From Rhabdothermincola salaria (GTDB lineage Bacteria; Actinomycetota; Acidimicrobiia; Acidimicrobiales; Acidimicrobilacustridaceae), in assembly GCF_021246445.1 (NCBI RefSeq), contig NZ_JAJQXW010000001.1, positions 310,001 to 374,000 on the forward strand: 64,000 nt of DNA, in the 5' to 3' direction. The notes below the pieces were generated by a model. That model made no database searches, was not told the origin of the DNA, and worked only from the letters and a program-made list of their open reading frames with translations. Position 1 is the stretch's first letter. Every line of letters begins with the position of its first letter. Below are positions 8,981 to 17,900 of this stretch, piece after piece. The position numbers and the translations under genes were made by a program.

Positions 8981-10651
8981 TCACGGCGCCGATGTGGACC
9001 GCGTGGGACTGGCGCCCGGCGTTCGTGGTCGGATGGTGGCGATGACGTAGGTGTGGTGGTCGACGTGGACGGGACTGAGCGTGACTTCGGCGACGATGGT
9101 GGTGCCGTCGCGGTGCCGGCCGTGGAGCTCTCTGTTGCTCATCGGCCGGATGGTCGGCTCCTCCAGGTAGCGCTGGCGGTGTTCGGCGTGGCGGGTCCGG
9201 AGGTCTTCGGGCACGAGTCTGTCGATGGGGGTGCCGATGAGCTCACTCCGGCTGTACCCGAACAACGTCTCGATGCGTTGGTTGGCGAGCACGATGGTGC
9301 CGACGGTGTCGGTGACGATCAGCGCATCGGGCGTGGCCTCGATGAGCTGCCAGATGAGGTCGTCGGAGAGGGGCAGCTGCCCGATCGGGACGGATGCGGG
9401 GCCAGAGCGGGTCGTGGGGTCGAGCACGCCCAGGACCGGTCGGAAGGCGAGCACCGCGACGTCGTCGCGGAGCCGTGGGAGAGGGCCAGCGAGGCCGACC
9501 AAGTGGTCGGCGAGCTCGCTGGGGTCATTGGTGACGGCGTTGGCCGCGGCCCGACGGAGGCGTTCGATCTCGTCGGTGACGATCGTGCCTGGCCTCTCGA
9601 CGAGTCCATCGCTGTAGAGCACGACGGTGTCGCCGGGCTGGAGGTCGCTGCGCTGCGCCGGGTAGGTGGCGTGTGGGATGGCGCCCAGGGGCGGGCCTGG
9701 CTGGATCGTGCACAGGGCTGCGTGGTTGTTGGGCCCGACCACGATGGGCGGAGGATGCCCAGCGGAGGTGACGACAGTGCCCTGGGGACCCATCTCGATG
9801 CAGCAGCAGGTCGCGAAGCCATCCCGGTCCAGGGCGAGGTCGTTGAGCCGGGCCAGGGCGATCGTGGCCGGGAGACCCTCGAGCAGGTGGCTGTGCAGGA
9901 CGGTGCGGAACTGGGTCATCTGGACGGCGGCCTCGATCCCGTGGCCGGCGACATCGCCGAGCACGAGCACGGTGCGCTGGTCGTGTGTGTGGACGATGTC
10001 GTACCAGTCGCCACCGACCTGGCTGCCGTCGCCGGCGGGTGCGTAGCGAGTGGCGGCCTCACCACTGTCTCCGGGTTGGACCTCCGGGAGCAGACGCCGC
10101 TGCAAGAGGACTCCGGCTTTGCGGGCATGCTCGCTGCTCTGCGATCGGCGCAATGCGCCCGTCCCGACGGCGATGAGCAAGTCGAGGGCGCCCACGCGCT
10201 GAGGACCGAGGTACTCGTGGGGAGCGAACCGCACCCAGAACGTCACCACCACCTGGCCATCGAGCGCGGCACTGGCCGTAGTGCAGATCGGCGAGCCGTG
10301 TGCATCGCGGCTGCAACGCAACGATCCTCGGCGACGCCATGGCGCGGGGAGCTCGGCGGCGTTCGGGACGCGCCCGTGGGAGGCGACGAGCTGCCAGTCG
10401 GCGCCGCCGGGGGTCCCGAACCACACCGCGCTCGCCGTCGCCCCGAGCGCGCGGTGGCAGCTGGTCACGAGCACCGACCCGACCGTCGCGACGTCGGCGT
10501 CGGCGGTGCCGAGCTCGCCCACCGCCGAAACCACCCCGGCCCAATCGACGTCGCTGGAACGCATCAGTGCCGCACGGACGTAGGCCAGCACCCGGAGGGC
10601 GCCGCGGTGGTGAGACGAGGCTCCTCGATGCCTCCCGGCACCGTCCTCCAT
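8981..10651 (-). CDS. SpoIIE/RsbU-type PP2C phosphatase with C-terminal PAS domain
   Basis: LQRRLLP, VGGDWYD, LGDVAGHG, SAGHPPP, LYSDGLVE, DDVAVL, then EATPDALIV...ANQRIETLFGYSRSELIG PAS motif; start uncertain. Confidence 0.85.
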   Translation of the reverse strand: MEDGAGRHRGASSHHRGALRVLAYVRAALMRSSDVDWAGVVSAVGELGTADADVATVGSVLVTSCHRALGATASAVWFGTPGGADWQLVASHGRVPNAAELPAPWRRRGSLRCSRDAHGSPICTTASAALDGQVVVTFWVRFAPHEYLGPQRVGALDLLIAVGTGALRRSQSSEHARKAGVLLQRRLLPEVQPGDSGEAATRYAPAGDGSQVGGDWYDIVHTHDQRTVLVLGDVAGHGIEAAVQMTQFRTVLHSHLLEGLPATIALARLNDLALDRDGFATCCCIEMGPQGTVVTSAGHPPPIVVGPNNHAALCTIQPGPPLGAIPHATYPAQRSDLQPGDTVVLYSDGLVERPGTIVTDEIERLRRAAANAVTNDPSELADHLVGLAGPLPRLRDDVAVLAFRPVLGVLDPTTRSGPASVPIGQLPLSDDLIWQLIEATPDALIVTDTVGTIVLANQRIETLFGYSRSELIGTPIDRLVPEDLRTRHAEHRQRYLEEPTIRPMSNRELHGRHRDGTTIVAEVTLSPVHVDHHTYVIATIRPRTPGASPTRSTSAP

Positions 10652-10898
10652 GTCGGCGCGAGAAACGCGGTCGTCTCAGCGGACCGAAGCTCCTGACCCA
10701 CCATCTCTCCCCCCACGGAGGCCCTTGCCGATGCCGCCCCGTCCCGAGACGCCAGTCCTCATGGCTCCGGAATCAGTGAATCACGCCACGAACCGGCCCG
10801 CGCAGAGGCATGCGCCCCTTTCCATCCGGCATTGTCCTCGGGTCCGGCCCCAACGCGACCTGAGCGTCCCCTGACGCCGCTCTGGTCGGGCGCCGGCG

Positions 10899-12533
10899 CT
10901 ACGTGGCGGCGGTCTCCTTGGCCCAGCGGTAGTCGGCCTTGCCGGCCGGTGAGCGCATCACCTGGTCGACGAAGACGATGTCCTTGGGCACCTTGTAGCG
11001 GGCCACGTGGCGCTCGCATTCCTCGAGGAGGTCGGCCATCGAGACCGTGAACCCCTCGCGCAGCTGCACCACGGCCACCACCTCGCTGCCCCAGCGCTCG
11101 CTCGGTCGGCCGGTGACGACGACGTCGTAGACCGCCGGGTGGTGGGCGAGGGCGGCCTCGACCTCCTCGGCGAAGATCTTCTCGCCGCCCGAGTTGATGG
11201 TGACCGAGTCGCGGCCCTGGAGGTCGAGCAGGCCGTCGGCGGTGAAGCGGGCCCGGTCGCCCGGGACGGAGTAGCGCACGCCGTCGATGACGGGGAAGGT
11301 CTTGGCCGTCTTGGCCTCGTCGCCGAGGTAGCCGAGGGGCACCCGACCCTTCTGGGCCAGCCATCCCGACTCCTCGTCGTCGGGGGCGAGCACGGTGGAG
11401 AGGTCCTCGGAGACGATGGCCATGCCCGTGCCGGGAGTGAAGGTGCCGGTGCTGACCTGCGCCCCGGCGCCGGTGACCTGGCTGGCCTGCTGGCCGGTCT
11501 CGGACGAGCCGAGACCGTCCATGATGGCCATGGCGGGAAGCGCCTCGAGGAAGGCGGTCTTCACCGGGGCGGACAGGGCGGCCCCGCCCGAGACCAACAG
11601 GATCATCGAGGACAGGTCGTAGTCGTTGCGCTGGAGCTCGTCGAGCAACGGCCGGCCGAAGGCGTCGCCGACGATCAGCATGATGTTGACCTTCTCGGCC
11701 TCGATGGTGGCCCACACGTCGGCCGCGTCGAGGCTGGTGGTGTTGTGGGGCAGGACCACGGTGTTGCCGCCGCCCAGGGCGTTGAACGCCAGCCAGTGGG
11801 CGGCACCGTGCATGAACGGGGCGGCGGGCAGGACCCGGGCGCCGCCGTTCACGGCGTTGGCGATCACCGCGTCCATGTCGACCCACTCCTCACCGGTGGC
11901 CAGCTCCCGACCCCCGAGGGCGGCCGGGTAGATGTCGCCCTGGCGCCACAGCACGCCCTTGGGCATGCCCGTGGTGCCCCCCGTGTAGAGGATGTAGAGG
12001 TCGTCCGGGGAGGGCTGCACCGGAGGCGGTTCGGGAGAGGATGCGGCCAGGGCGTCCTCGTACCAGACGGCGTCGGGGAGCAGCTCGTGGTCGCTGCCGT
12101 CGGGCACCTGCAACAGCACCTGCAGCTCGGGCAGGTCGGCCCGCACCGCCTCGAGCGTCGGCGCGAACGACGAGTGGTACACGATGCCCCGCGCCCCGGA
12201 GTCGGCCAGCAGGTAGCGCAGCTCCTCGGCGACGTAGCGGTAGTTGACGTTGAACGGCGCCACCCGAGCGCAGTAGGCGCCCAACATGCCTTCGAGGTAC
12301 TCGGGCCCGTTGTGCAGGTACAGCGCCAGGTGGTCCTGGCCCGACTCCCAGCCCGAGAGCTCGGCGCGGTCGCGGTGGGCCCCCATGCCGTGGTCGTGCA
12401 ACACGTTGCCGAGCCGGTTGGCCCGGGCGACGAAGTCGGCGTAGGTGAGCCGCGTCTCTCGGTGCACGATCGCGTCACGGTCCGGCACCGCCGCCGCGAC
12501 TGCCCGCACCACACCAGCCAGGTCGAAGTCCAC
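10899..12533 (-). CDS. Acyl-CoA synthetase (FadD19-like AMP-binding enzyme)
   Basis: YTGGTTGMPKG AMP-binding motif, GRDSVTINSGGEK, RSPAGKADY. Confidence 0.92.
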   Translation of the reverse strand: MDFDLAGVVRAVAAAVPDRDAIVHRETRLTYADFVARANRLGNVLHDHGMGAHRDRAELSGWESGQDHLALYLHNGPEYLEGMLGAYCARVAPFNVNYRYVAEELRYLLADSGARGIVYHSSFAPTLEAVRADLPELQVLLQVPDGSDHELLPDAVWYEDALAASSPEPPPVQPSPDDLYILYTGGTTGMPKGVLWRQGDIYPAALGGRELATGEEWVDMDAVIANAVNGGARVLPAAPFMHGAAHWLAFNALGGGNTVVLPHNTTSLDAADVWATIEAEKVNIMLIVGDAFGRPLLDELQRNDYDLSSMILLVSGGAALSAPVKTAFLEALPAMAIMDGLGSSETGQQASQVTGAGAQVSTGTFTPGTGMAIVSEDLSTVLAPDDEESGWLAQKGRVPLGYLGDEAKTAKTFPVIDGVRYSVPGDRARFTADGLLDLQGRDSVTINSGGEKIFAEEVEAALAHHPAVYDVVVTGRPSERWGSEVVAVVQLREGFTVSMADLLEECERHVARYKVPKDIVFVDQVMRSPAGKADYRWAKETAAT

Positions 12534-12636
12534 GTTCCCCCCAGTCGTACCGAGCTCGACGGTGGCATCCACCGTCGGCCGGTCGTTCGTCGTCGTTCCC
12601 TGCCCTGCAGTCTGGCCGGGGCCGGGTGGGTGTCGC

Positions 12637-13095
12637 CTACTCGAAGTAGCGGTAGATGACCTCGGCCACGCACGCCGGCTTGGGAGCGTCGACGACCTGG
12701 TAGGTGAAGGTCATGGTGACCTGGGCGCCGTTGTTGGGCAGCTCCTCGAGGGCGGTGAGCTCGGCGCCGAGGCGCAGCTTGGACCCGACGGGCACCGGCG
12801 ACGGGAAGCGCACCTTGCCCATCCCGTAGTTGACGGCCATCGACATGCCCTCGACGCGCACGATGGTCGGCAGCAGGGCGGGGCCCAGCGAGACGGTCAG
12901 GTAGCCGTGGGCGATGGGCCCGCCGAAGGGCCCGTCCTTGGCCCTCTCTGGGTCGACGTGGATCCACTGGTGGTCGCCGGTGGCGTCGGCGAAGGTGTTG
13001 ACCCGTTCCTGGGTGATCTCCATCTCGTCGCTGTAGCCGAGGTGCTGGCCGACCAGTTCCTTCAGCCCGGCGATGCCGGTCACGGTGGTAGTCAT
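12637..13095 (-). CDS. MaoC-like (hot-dog) dehydratase
   Basis: FADATGDHQWIHVDPERA, PIAHGYLT, NYG..KVRF. Confidence 0.92.
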   Translation of the reverse strand: MTTTVTGIAGLKELVGQHLGYSDEMEITQERVNTFADATGDHQWIHVDPERAKDGPFGGPIAHGYLTVSLGPALLPTIVRVEGMSMAVNYGMGKVRFPSPVPVGSKLRLGAELTALEELPNNGAQVTMTFTYQVVDAPKPACVAEVIYRYFE

Positions 13096-13226
13096 GGTCT
13101 GATCATGGCCCCTCCGCGCCGGTCGCGCCGAATGTGGGACGTGCCGGGTCGGCGGGGCCGATCCATCGGTGTCGCCTGCATCGACCGTCTCGGGCCACCC
13201 AGCGGCCGCGGCCCGGGCAGGGGTTC

Positions 13227-13586
13227 CTACGTGAACCAGATGCGCTGGTAGCTGCGGCTCATCGGGTGGACGAGCAGCGCGAACAGCGCCACCGGGAACG
13301 CGAGGGCGAGCAGCACGCCGAGGCCGAAGATCGATCCGAGGCCGTCGCCCGCCACGAGCAGGAGGATGAGGGCGAGGCGGGCTCCGGCAGCGATGACCGC
13401 CGTCCAGTACCCCCACTTCTGCTCGTTGGCGATGCCGAAGCCACCGACGGCGAAGGCGATGGCGAAGAGGATGCCGAGGCCCCCGATGCCGCCCAGCAGC
13501 GAGAACACGGCGCTGATGTAGAGCAGGAAGACCGCGATCTGGAGGGTCTGGGGCTGCCCGGGGTTGGTCCACCGGCGGGTTTCCAT
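13227..13586 (-). CDS. Small hypothetical membrane protein (about 4 TM)
   Basis: Hydrophobic ORF with typical high GC3, directly downstream of rlmN. Confidence 0.75.
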   Translation of the reverse strand: METRRWTNPGQPQTLQIAVFLLYISAVFSLLGGIGGLGILFAIAFAVGGFGIANEQKWGYWTAVIAAGARLALILLLVAGDGLGSIFGLGVLLALAFPVALFALLVHPMSRSYQRIWFT

Positions 13587-13590
13587 CACC

Positions 13591-14667
13591 TCAGTATGGC
13601 GGGGGGTCGGCCGGTTGCATGCGTCGCGGCCCGAGCTGGACGGGCGTGGCGGTGTGGTTGGCCCGCAGCTGGCCGCACGCGGCGTCGATGTCGTTGCCCC
13701 GGTTGGCCCGGACGGTGGCGTTGACCCCGAGGTCCCGCAGCAGGTCGCGGAAGGCGGTCACCCGAGGCATCGGTGTGCCGGTGGTGGGCCACCCCGGTGT
13801 GGCGTTGAGCGGGATCAGGTTCACGTGGGCCCGCAACGGGCGGGCGAACGCGGCCAGCTCCTCGGCGTCGGTGGCCCGGTCGTTGACGCCGTCGATGAGC
13901 GCCCACTCGAACGAGAGGCGGCGGTTCTTGGCCTCGAGGTACTCGGCGCAGGCGTCGCGCAGGGTGGCGAGCGGGTAGCGGCGGTTGATGGGGACGAGCT
14001 CGTCGCGAAGGAGGTCGTTGGCGGCGTGGAGGGACACGGCGAGGTTGACCGGGAGGGCCTCGCCTGCGAGGCGGCGGATCCCGGGCACGATGCCGACGGT
14101 GGAGAGGGTCAGGTGGCGGGCGCCCATGCCCAGGTCGTCGTGGATGCGGGTGACGGCGGCCCAGGTGCGGTCGTAGTTGGCGAGGGGTTCGCCCATCCCC
14201 ATGAACACCACGTTGGACAGGCGCCGCGGCGGCGAGGAGTCCTCGGCCCGGCGCGCCGCGGCCACGACCTGCTCGACGATCTCACCGACGCCGAGGTTGC
14301 GCTCGAACCCGGCCTGCCCGGTGGCGCAGAACCCACAGCCCATGGCGCACCCGGCCTGGGTGCTCACGCACACCGTGGAGCGGTCGGGGTAGTGCATGAG
14401 GACGGTCTCGATGGTGGCGCCGTCGTGGAGCTCCCAGAGCCATTTCACGGTCTGGCCGTCATCGGCCGTGGATTCGGCCACGGGGACGAGGGCCGGCGGC
14501 AGGTCGCGGTCGAGGCGGGCCCGCAGGGACTTGGGGAGGCTGGTGAGCTCGGCGGGGGAGCGATGCTGCTCGTAGAGCCCTTGCCAGACCTGGTCGACGC
14601 GGAAGCGCGGCTCGCCGGAGAGCAGCCCCGCCAGCGTCGGGCGGTCGACGTCGTAGCGGGTCGGCAC
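13591..14667 (-). CDS. rlmN: 23S rRNA m2A2503 radical-SAM methyltransferase RlmN
   Basis: CVSTQAGCAMGCGFC, FMGMGEP, SLHA, DIDAACGQL. Confidence 0.96.
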   Translation of the reverse strand: MPTRYDVDRPTLAGLLSGEPRFRVDQVWQGLYEQHRSPAELTSLPKSLRARLDRDLPPALVPVAESTADDGQTVKWLWELHDGATIETVLMHYPDRSTVCVSTQAGCAMGCGFCATGQAGFERNLGVGEIVEQVVAAARRAEDSSPPRRLSNVVFMGMGEPLANYDRTWAAVTRIHDDLGMGARHLTLSTVGIVPGIRRLAGEALPVNLAVSLHAANDLLRDELVPINRRYPLATLRDACAEYLEAKNRRLSFEWALIDGVNDRATDAEELAAFARPLRAHVNLIPLNATPGWPTTGTPMPRVTAFRDLLRDLGVNATVRANRGNDIDAACGQLRANHTATPVQLGPRRMQPADPPPY

Positions 14668-14676
14668 CCGATCAGG

Positions 14677-15291
14677 CTACTGACCGGGGTCGGCAGGTCC
14701 CCACCAGCGGTGGGCGCTGTGCTCGGTGAAGCCCAGGTCCTCGTAGAGGCGACGGGCGGGCACGTTGTCGGCCTCGACGTGGAGCATGCCGTGGTGCAGG
14801 CCCCGGGCGGCGAGGTGCTGGAGGCCGGCGAGGGTGAGCGCCCGTCCGAGCCCGAGGCCGTGGAAGGCGGGATCGACGGCGATGACGTAGATCTCCCCCA
14901 GTGCCGGGTCGTGGTCGCTGGCGGGGTGGACCTTGGTCCAACAGAACCCGGCGAGGCGGCCGTCGCGTTCGTGGAGCAGGAACCCGTCGGCATCGAACCA
15001 GGGCTCGGCCTCGCGGTCCCGGAGCTCGGTCGCGGTCCAGCCGCTCTGGTCGGGGTGCCAGGCGAACGCGCGGTTGTTGACCTCGAGGAAGGCGTCGTCG
15101 TCGACACCGGGCCGGAAGGAGCGGAGATCGAGGGGCTCGGGGTCGGCGGCGGGGAGGGGACAGCGCAGCTGGAGGACCTCGCGGGTGAGCACCAGGCCGG
15201 CCTCGTGGGCCAGACGGTCGTGCTCCGCGTCGGCGGGATCGGCCTCGAGGGCGACCAGGGTGCCGTCGGGGTCTCGTGTCGCTCGTTCCAC
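14677..15291 (-). CDS. mshD: Mycothiol synthase MshD-like GNAT (short form)
   Basis: VNNRAFAWHPDQSGW, EPWFD..GF, GFCWTKVH, GEIYVIAVDP..GLGLG; GTG 15291 after TAGGGT. Confidence 0.75.
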   Translation of the reverse strand: MERATRDPDGTLVALEADPADAEHDRLAHEAGLVLTREVLQLRCPLPAADPEPLDLRSFRPGVDDDAFLEVNNRAFAWHPDQSGWTATELRDREAEPWFDADGFLLHERDGRLAGFCWTKVHPASDHDPALGEIYVIAVDPAFHGLGLGRALTLAGLQHLAARGLHHGMLHVEADNVPARRLYEDLGFTEHSAHRWWGPADPGQ

Positions 15292-15364
15292 GGCGCCGAC
15301 CCTACTGATCGCGCCCGGCCGCTCCGTCCGGCACCGGGGGCGTGGCGCCGTAGCCTCACGGACG

Positions 15365-16012
15365 ATGGCACGTCCCCGAACGCCCAAGGGCCGAGCTCGC
15401 GAAGTGCTTCGGCGACTCAGCGATGAGTATCCGGACGCCCGGTGCGAGCTCGACCACCGCAATGCCTACGAGCTGTTGGCGGCCACGATCCTGTCGGCGC
15501 AGTGCACAGACGCCCGGGTCAACATGGTCACCCCGGCGCTCTTCGCCCGCTTCCCCACTCCCGAGGACCTGGCGGTCGCCGACCCGGAGGTGGTCGAAGA
15601 GCTCGTGCACTCCACCGGCTTCTACAAGAACAAGACTCGCAGCCTCATCGGGATGGCGCAGGCGCTGGTCGAGCGCCACGGCGGGGAGGTGCCGGGGGCC
15701 ATGCCCGACCTGGTGAAGGTCCCGGGGGTGGGGCGCAAGACGGCGAACGTGGTGCGCAGCGTCGCCCTCGACCTGCCGGGACTCCCCGTCGACACCCACG
15801 TGCTGCGCCTGTCGGCTCGGCTGGGGCTCACGACCGAGACCGACCCGGTGAAGGTCGAGCGCGTGCTCGACCCCATGGTCCCGGCTCGGGAGCGGGGTCG
15901 CTTCAGCCTCCTGTTGATCCTTCACGGCCGCCGGGTCTGCCCGGCGCGCCGACCGAAGTGCGACGTGTGCGTCCTGGCCGACATCTGTCCGTCCGCCGGG
16001 CTGGGTGTCTGA
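15365..16012 (+). CDS. nth: Endonuclease III
   Basis: LSAQCTDARVN, HhH PGVGRKTANVV, VDTH, C-x6-C-x2-C-x5-C Fe-S cluster. Confidence 0.96.
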   Translation: MARPRTPKGRAREVLRRLSDEYPDARCELDHRNAYELLAATILSAQCTDARVNMVTPALFARFPTPEDLAVADPEVVEELVHSTGFYKNKTRSLIGMAQALVERHGGEVPGAMPDLVKVPGVGRKTANVVRSVALDLPGLPVDTHVLRLSARLGLTTETDPVKVERVLDPMVPARERGRFSLLLILHGRRVCPARRPKCDVCVLADICPSAGLGV

Positions 16013-16131
16013 CGGTGCCGGCGGTGCGGGCCAGGTCTCTCGACCGGTTTTTTCTTCCGCCCGTTTCCCCTGCTCAGGGGCGTCCGGTCGGGTCGTCGGG
16101 CGGGGCTGGGCGCGACTTTTCCGGCCCTGGC

Positions 16132-16161
16132 CTGACAGGTGGCGATCTGAGGGGCTATCGT
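16132..16161 (+). promoter_or_regulatory. Putative housekeeping-sigma promoter
   Basis: CTGACA-N18-TATCGT immediately upstream of a structured, terminated unit. Confidence 0.5.
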
Positions 16162-16167
16162 CATCCC

Positions 16168-16266
16168 TGTCAGGTTCCCGCCACCTGACATCCGGCGACA
16201 CATATTGGGATCCGCCGCCCAGTGTCGCCTGCCGACGCCCCCTTCGAGGGGCGTCGGCCTCTTTTT
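16168..16266 (+). ncRNA. Candidate ~100-nt three-hairpin small RNA
   Basis: Hairpins at 16168-16190 and 16194-16229, then terminator 16231-16266; upstream promoter. Confidence 0.5.
16231..16266 (+). terminator. Intrinsic terminator
   Basis: GCCGACGCCCC-cttcga-GGGGCGTCGGC followed by CTCTTTTT. Confidence 0.8.
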
Positions 16267-16336
16267 GCCCACCCGCACGGTGCTTCTCCGGGCCGGCCCG
16301 GGAGGCAGCGCCCCCGGCGTCCTCCATACTCCTGGG

Positions 16337-16531
16337 GTGGACTCCGAGCGTGCGCAGCTGTCATCGGCCAGGACGACCCTCGACGATCTCGTGGCCAAGG
16401 TGGCCGACATCGCCGAGGGCATGCACAACCAGGGCCAGGATGCCGTCGCCCACGACCTGTTCGAGGTCGAGCGGGCCCTGCGGATGGCCCAGCGGCGGCT
16501 CGACGCGGTGACCAGACGGATGCGGCGCTGA
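16337..16531 (+). CDS. Small helical hypothetical protein
   Basis: 64-aa amphipathic ORF (..LFEVERALRMAQRRL..) with CATACT -10 just before GTG. Confidence 0.7.
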   Translation: MDSERAQLSSARTTLDDLVAKVADIAEGMHNQGQDAVAHDLFEVERALRMAQRRLDAVTRRMRR

Positions 16532-16583
16532 TCGGCGCAACCCCTGCCGGGGCCGAGTGCGGGGCCGGGTAGCGTTCGTCGTC

Positions 16584-17900
16584 GTGTTGAACCGACTCGA
16601 CCTGCGTGGCCGTCGCGGCGATCTGACCGCCGACCTGCCCCGCCCCGATCCGGGGGGCGAGGGGCCCGTCGCCGCGGTGCGGGCCATCGTCGCCGACGTG
16701 GCGGAGCGAGGCGACACCGCCGTTCGGGAGTACACCGAGCGCTTCGACGGGGTCGTCCTCGACGACCTGCGGGTGGACCCCTCCGAGGTCGCCGCCGCCA
16801 TCGACGCGGCACCCGCGGAGCTGGTCGCCGCCCTCACCGAGGCCCGCGATGCCGTGCAGGCCTTCCACGAGACCCAGCTCCTCGAACCCCATGTCTTCCG
16901 CCGCCGGGGCGTCACGGTCGAGGGCCGGTCCGTTCCCGTCGATCGGGCCGGCTGCTACGTCCCCGGAGGGCGGGGCTCGTACCCCTCGTCGGTGCTGATG
17001 ACCGCCGTTCCCGCCCGCGTCGCCGGCGTCCCCGAGGTCGTGCTGTGCGTCCCCCCCGACCGCAGCACCGGCAAGGTCGCCACCTCCACCCTCGCCGCTG
17101 CTGCCCTGGCCGGTGTCGACGAGGTGTACGCCATCGGCGGGGCCCAGGCGGTCGCCGCCATGGCCCACGGCACCGAGTCCATCCGCGGGGTCGACGTCAT
17201 CGCCGGCCCCGGCAACGTCTACGTGGCGCTGGCCAAGCGGGAGGTCGCCGGGCAGGTCGGCGTCCCCATGGCCTTCGCCGGGCCGTCGGAGATCGTGGTC
17301 GTCGCCGATGCCACCGCCCCGGCGGACTTCGTGGCCGTCGACCTCATGGTGCAGGCCGAGCACGGGCCCGACGGGCTGGCGTGGCTGGTCACCTGGGACG
17401 AGGCCGTCGCCGATGCCGTCGACGCGGCCCTCACCCGTCTGGTCGCCGAGGCGCCTCGCCAGGCCGAGATCAGCGCCACCTTCGCGTCCGGTGGGTTCTG
17501 CGCGCTCGTCGACGGCCCCGACGACGCGCTGGCCGTGGTCAACCACGTGGCGCCGGAGCACCTGCAGCTCATGACCGGTGACCCCGACTCGCTGGTCCCC
17601 GGGGTGCGTCATGCCGGCGCCGTGTTCTGCGGGCCGCTCGCTCCGGCGTCCATCGGCGACTACGTCGCCGGTCCCAGCCACGTGCTGCCCACGTTCGGCA
17701 CGGCCCGTTACGGCAGCGCCCTCACGGTCAGCGACTTCACCAAGCAGGTCCATGTGGTGCACGTCGACGCCGAGGGCTTCGCCACGGCCGCGCCGGTCGT
17801 CGCCGCCATCGCCGATGCCGAGGGCTTCGCCACCCACGCCGAGTCGGTGCGGTTGCGCCAACGGGCGCTCGATGCCGACGTCGAGGCGGGCACCACGTGA
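16584..17900 (+). CDS. hisD: Histidinol dehydrogenase
   Basis: YVPGG, GGAQA, GPGN, AGPSE, QAEH, APEHL, GDYVAGPSHVLPT. Confidence 0.96.
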   Translation: MLNRLDLRGRRGDLTADLPRPDPGGEGPVAAVRAIVADVAERGDTAVREYTERFDGVVLDDLRVDPSEVAAAIDAAPAELVAALTEARDAVQAFHETQLLEPHVFRRRGVTVEGRSVPVDRAGCYVPGGRGSYPSSVLMTAVPARVAGVPEVVLCVPPDRSTGKVATSTLAAAALAGVDEVYAIGGAQAVAAMAHGTESIRGVDVIAGPGNVYVALAKREVAGQVGVPMAFAGPSEIVVVADATAPADFVAVDLMVQAEHGPDGLAWLVTWDEAVADAVDAALTRLVAEAPRQAEISATFASGGFCALVDGPDDALAVVNHVAPEHLQLMTGDPDSLVPGVRHAGAVFCGPLAPASIGDYVAGPSHVLPTFGTARYGSALTVSDFTKQVHVVHVDAEGFATAAPVVAAIADAEGFATHAESVRLRQRALDADVEAGTT

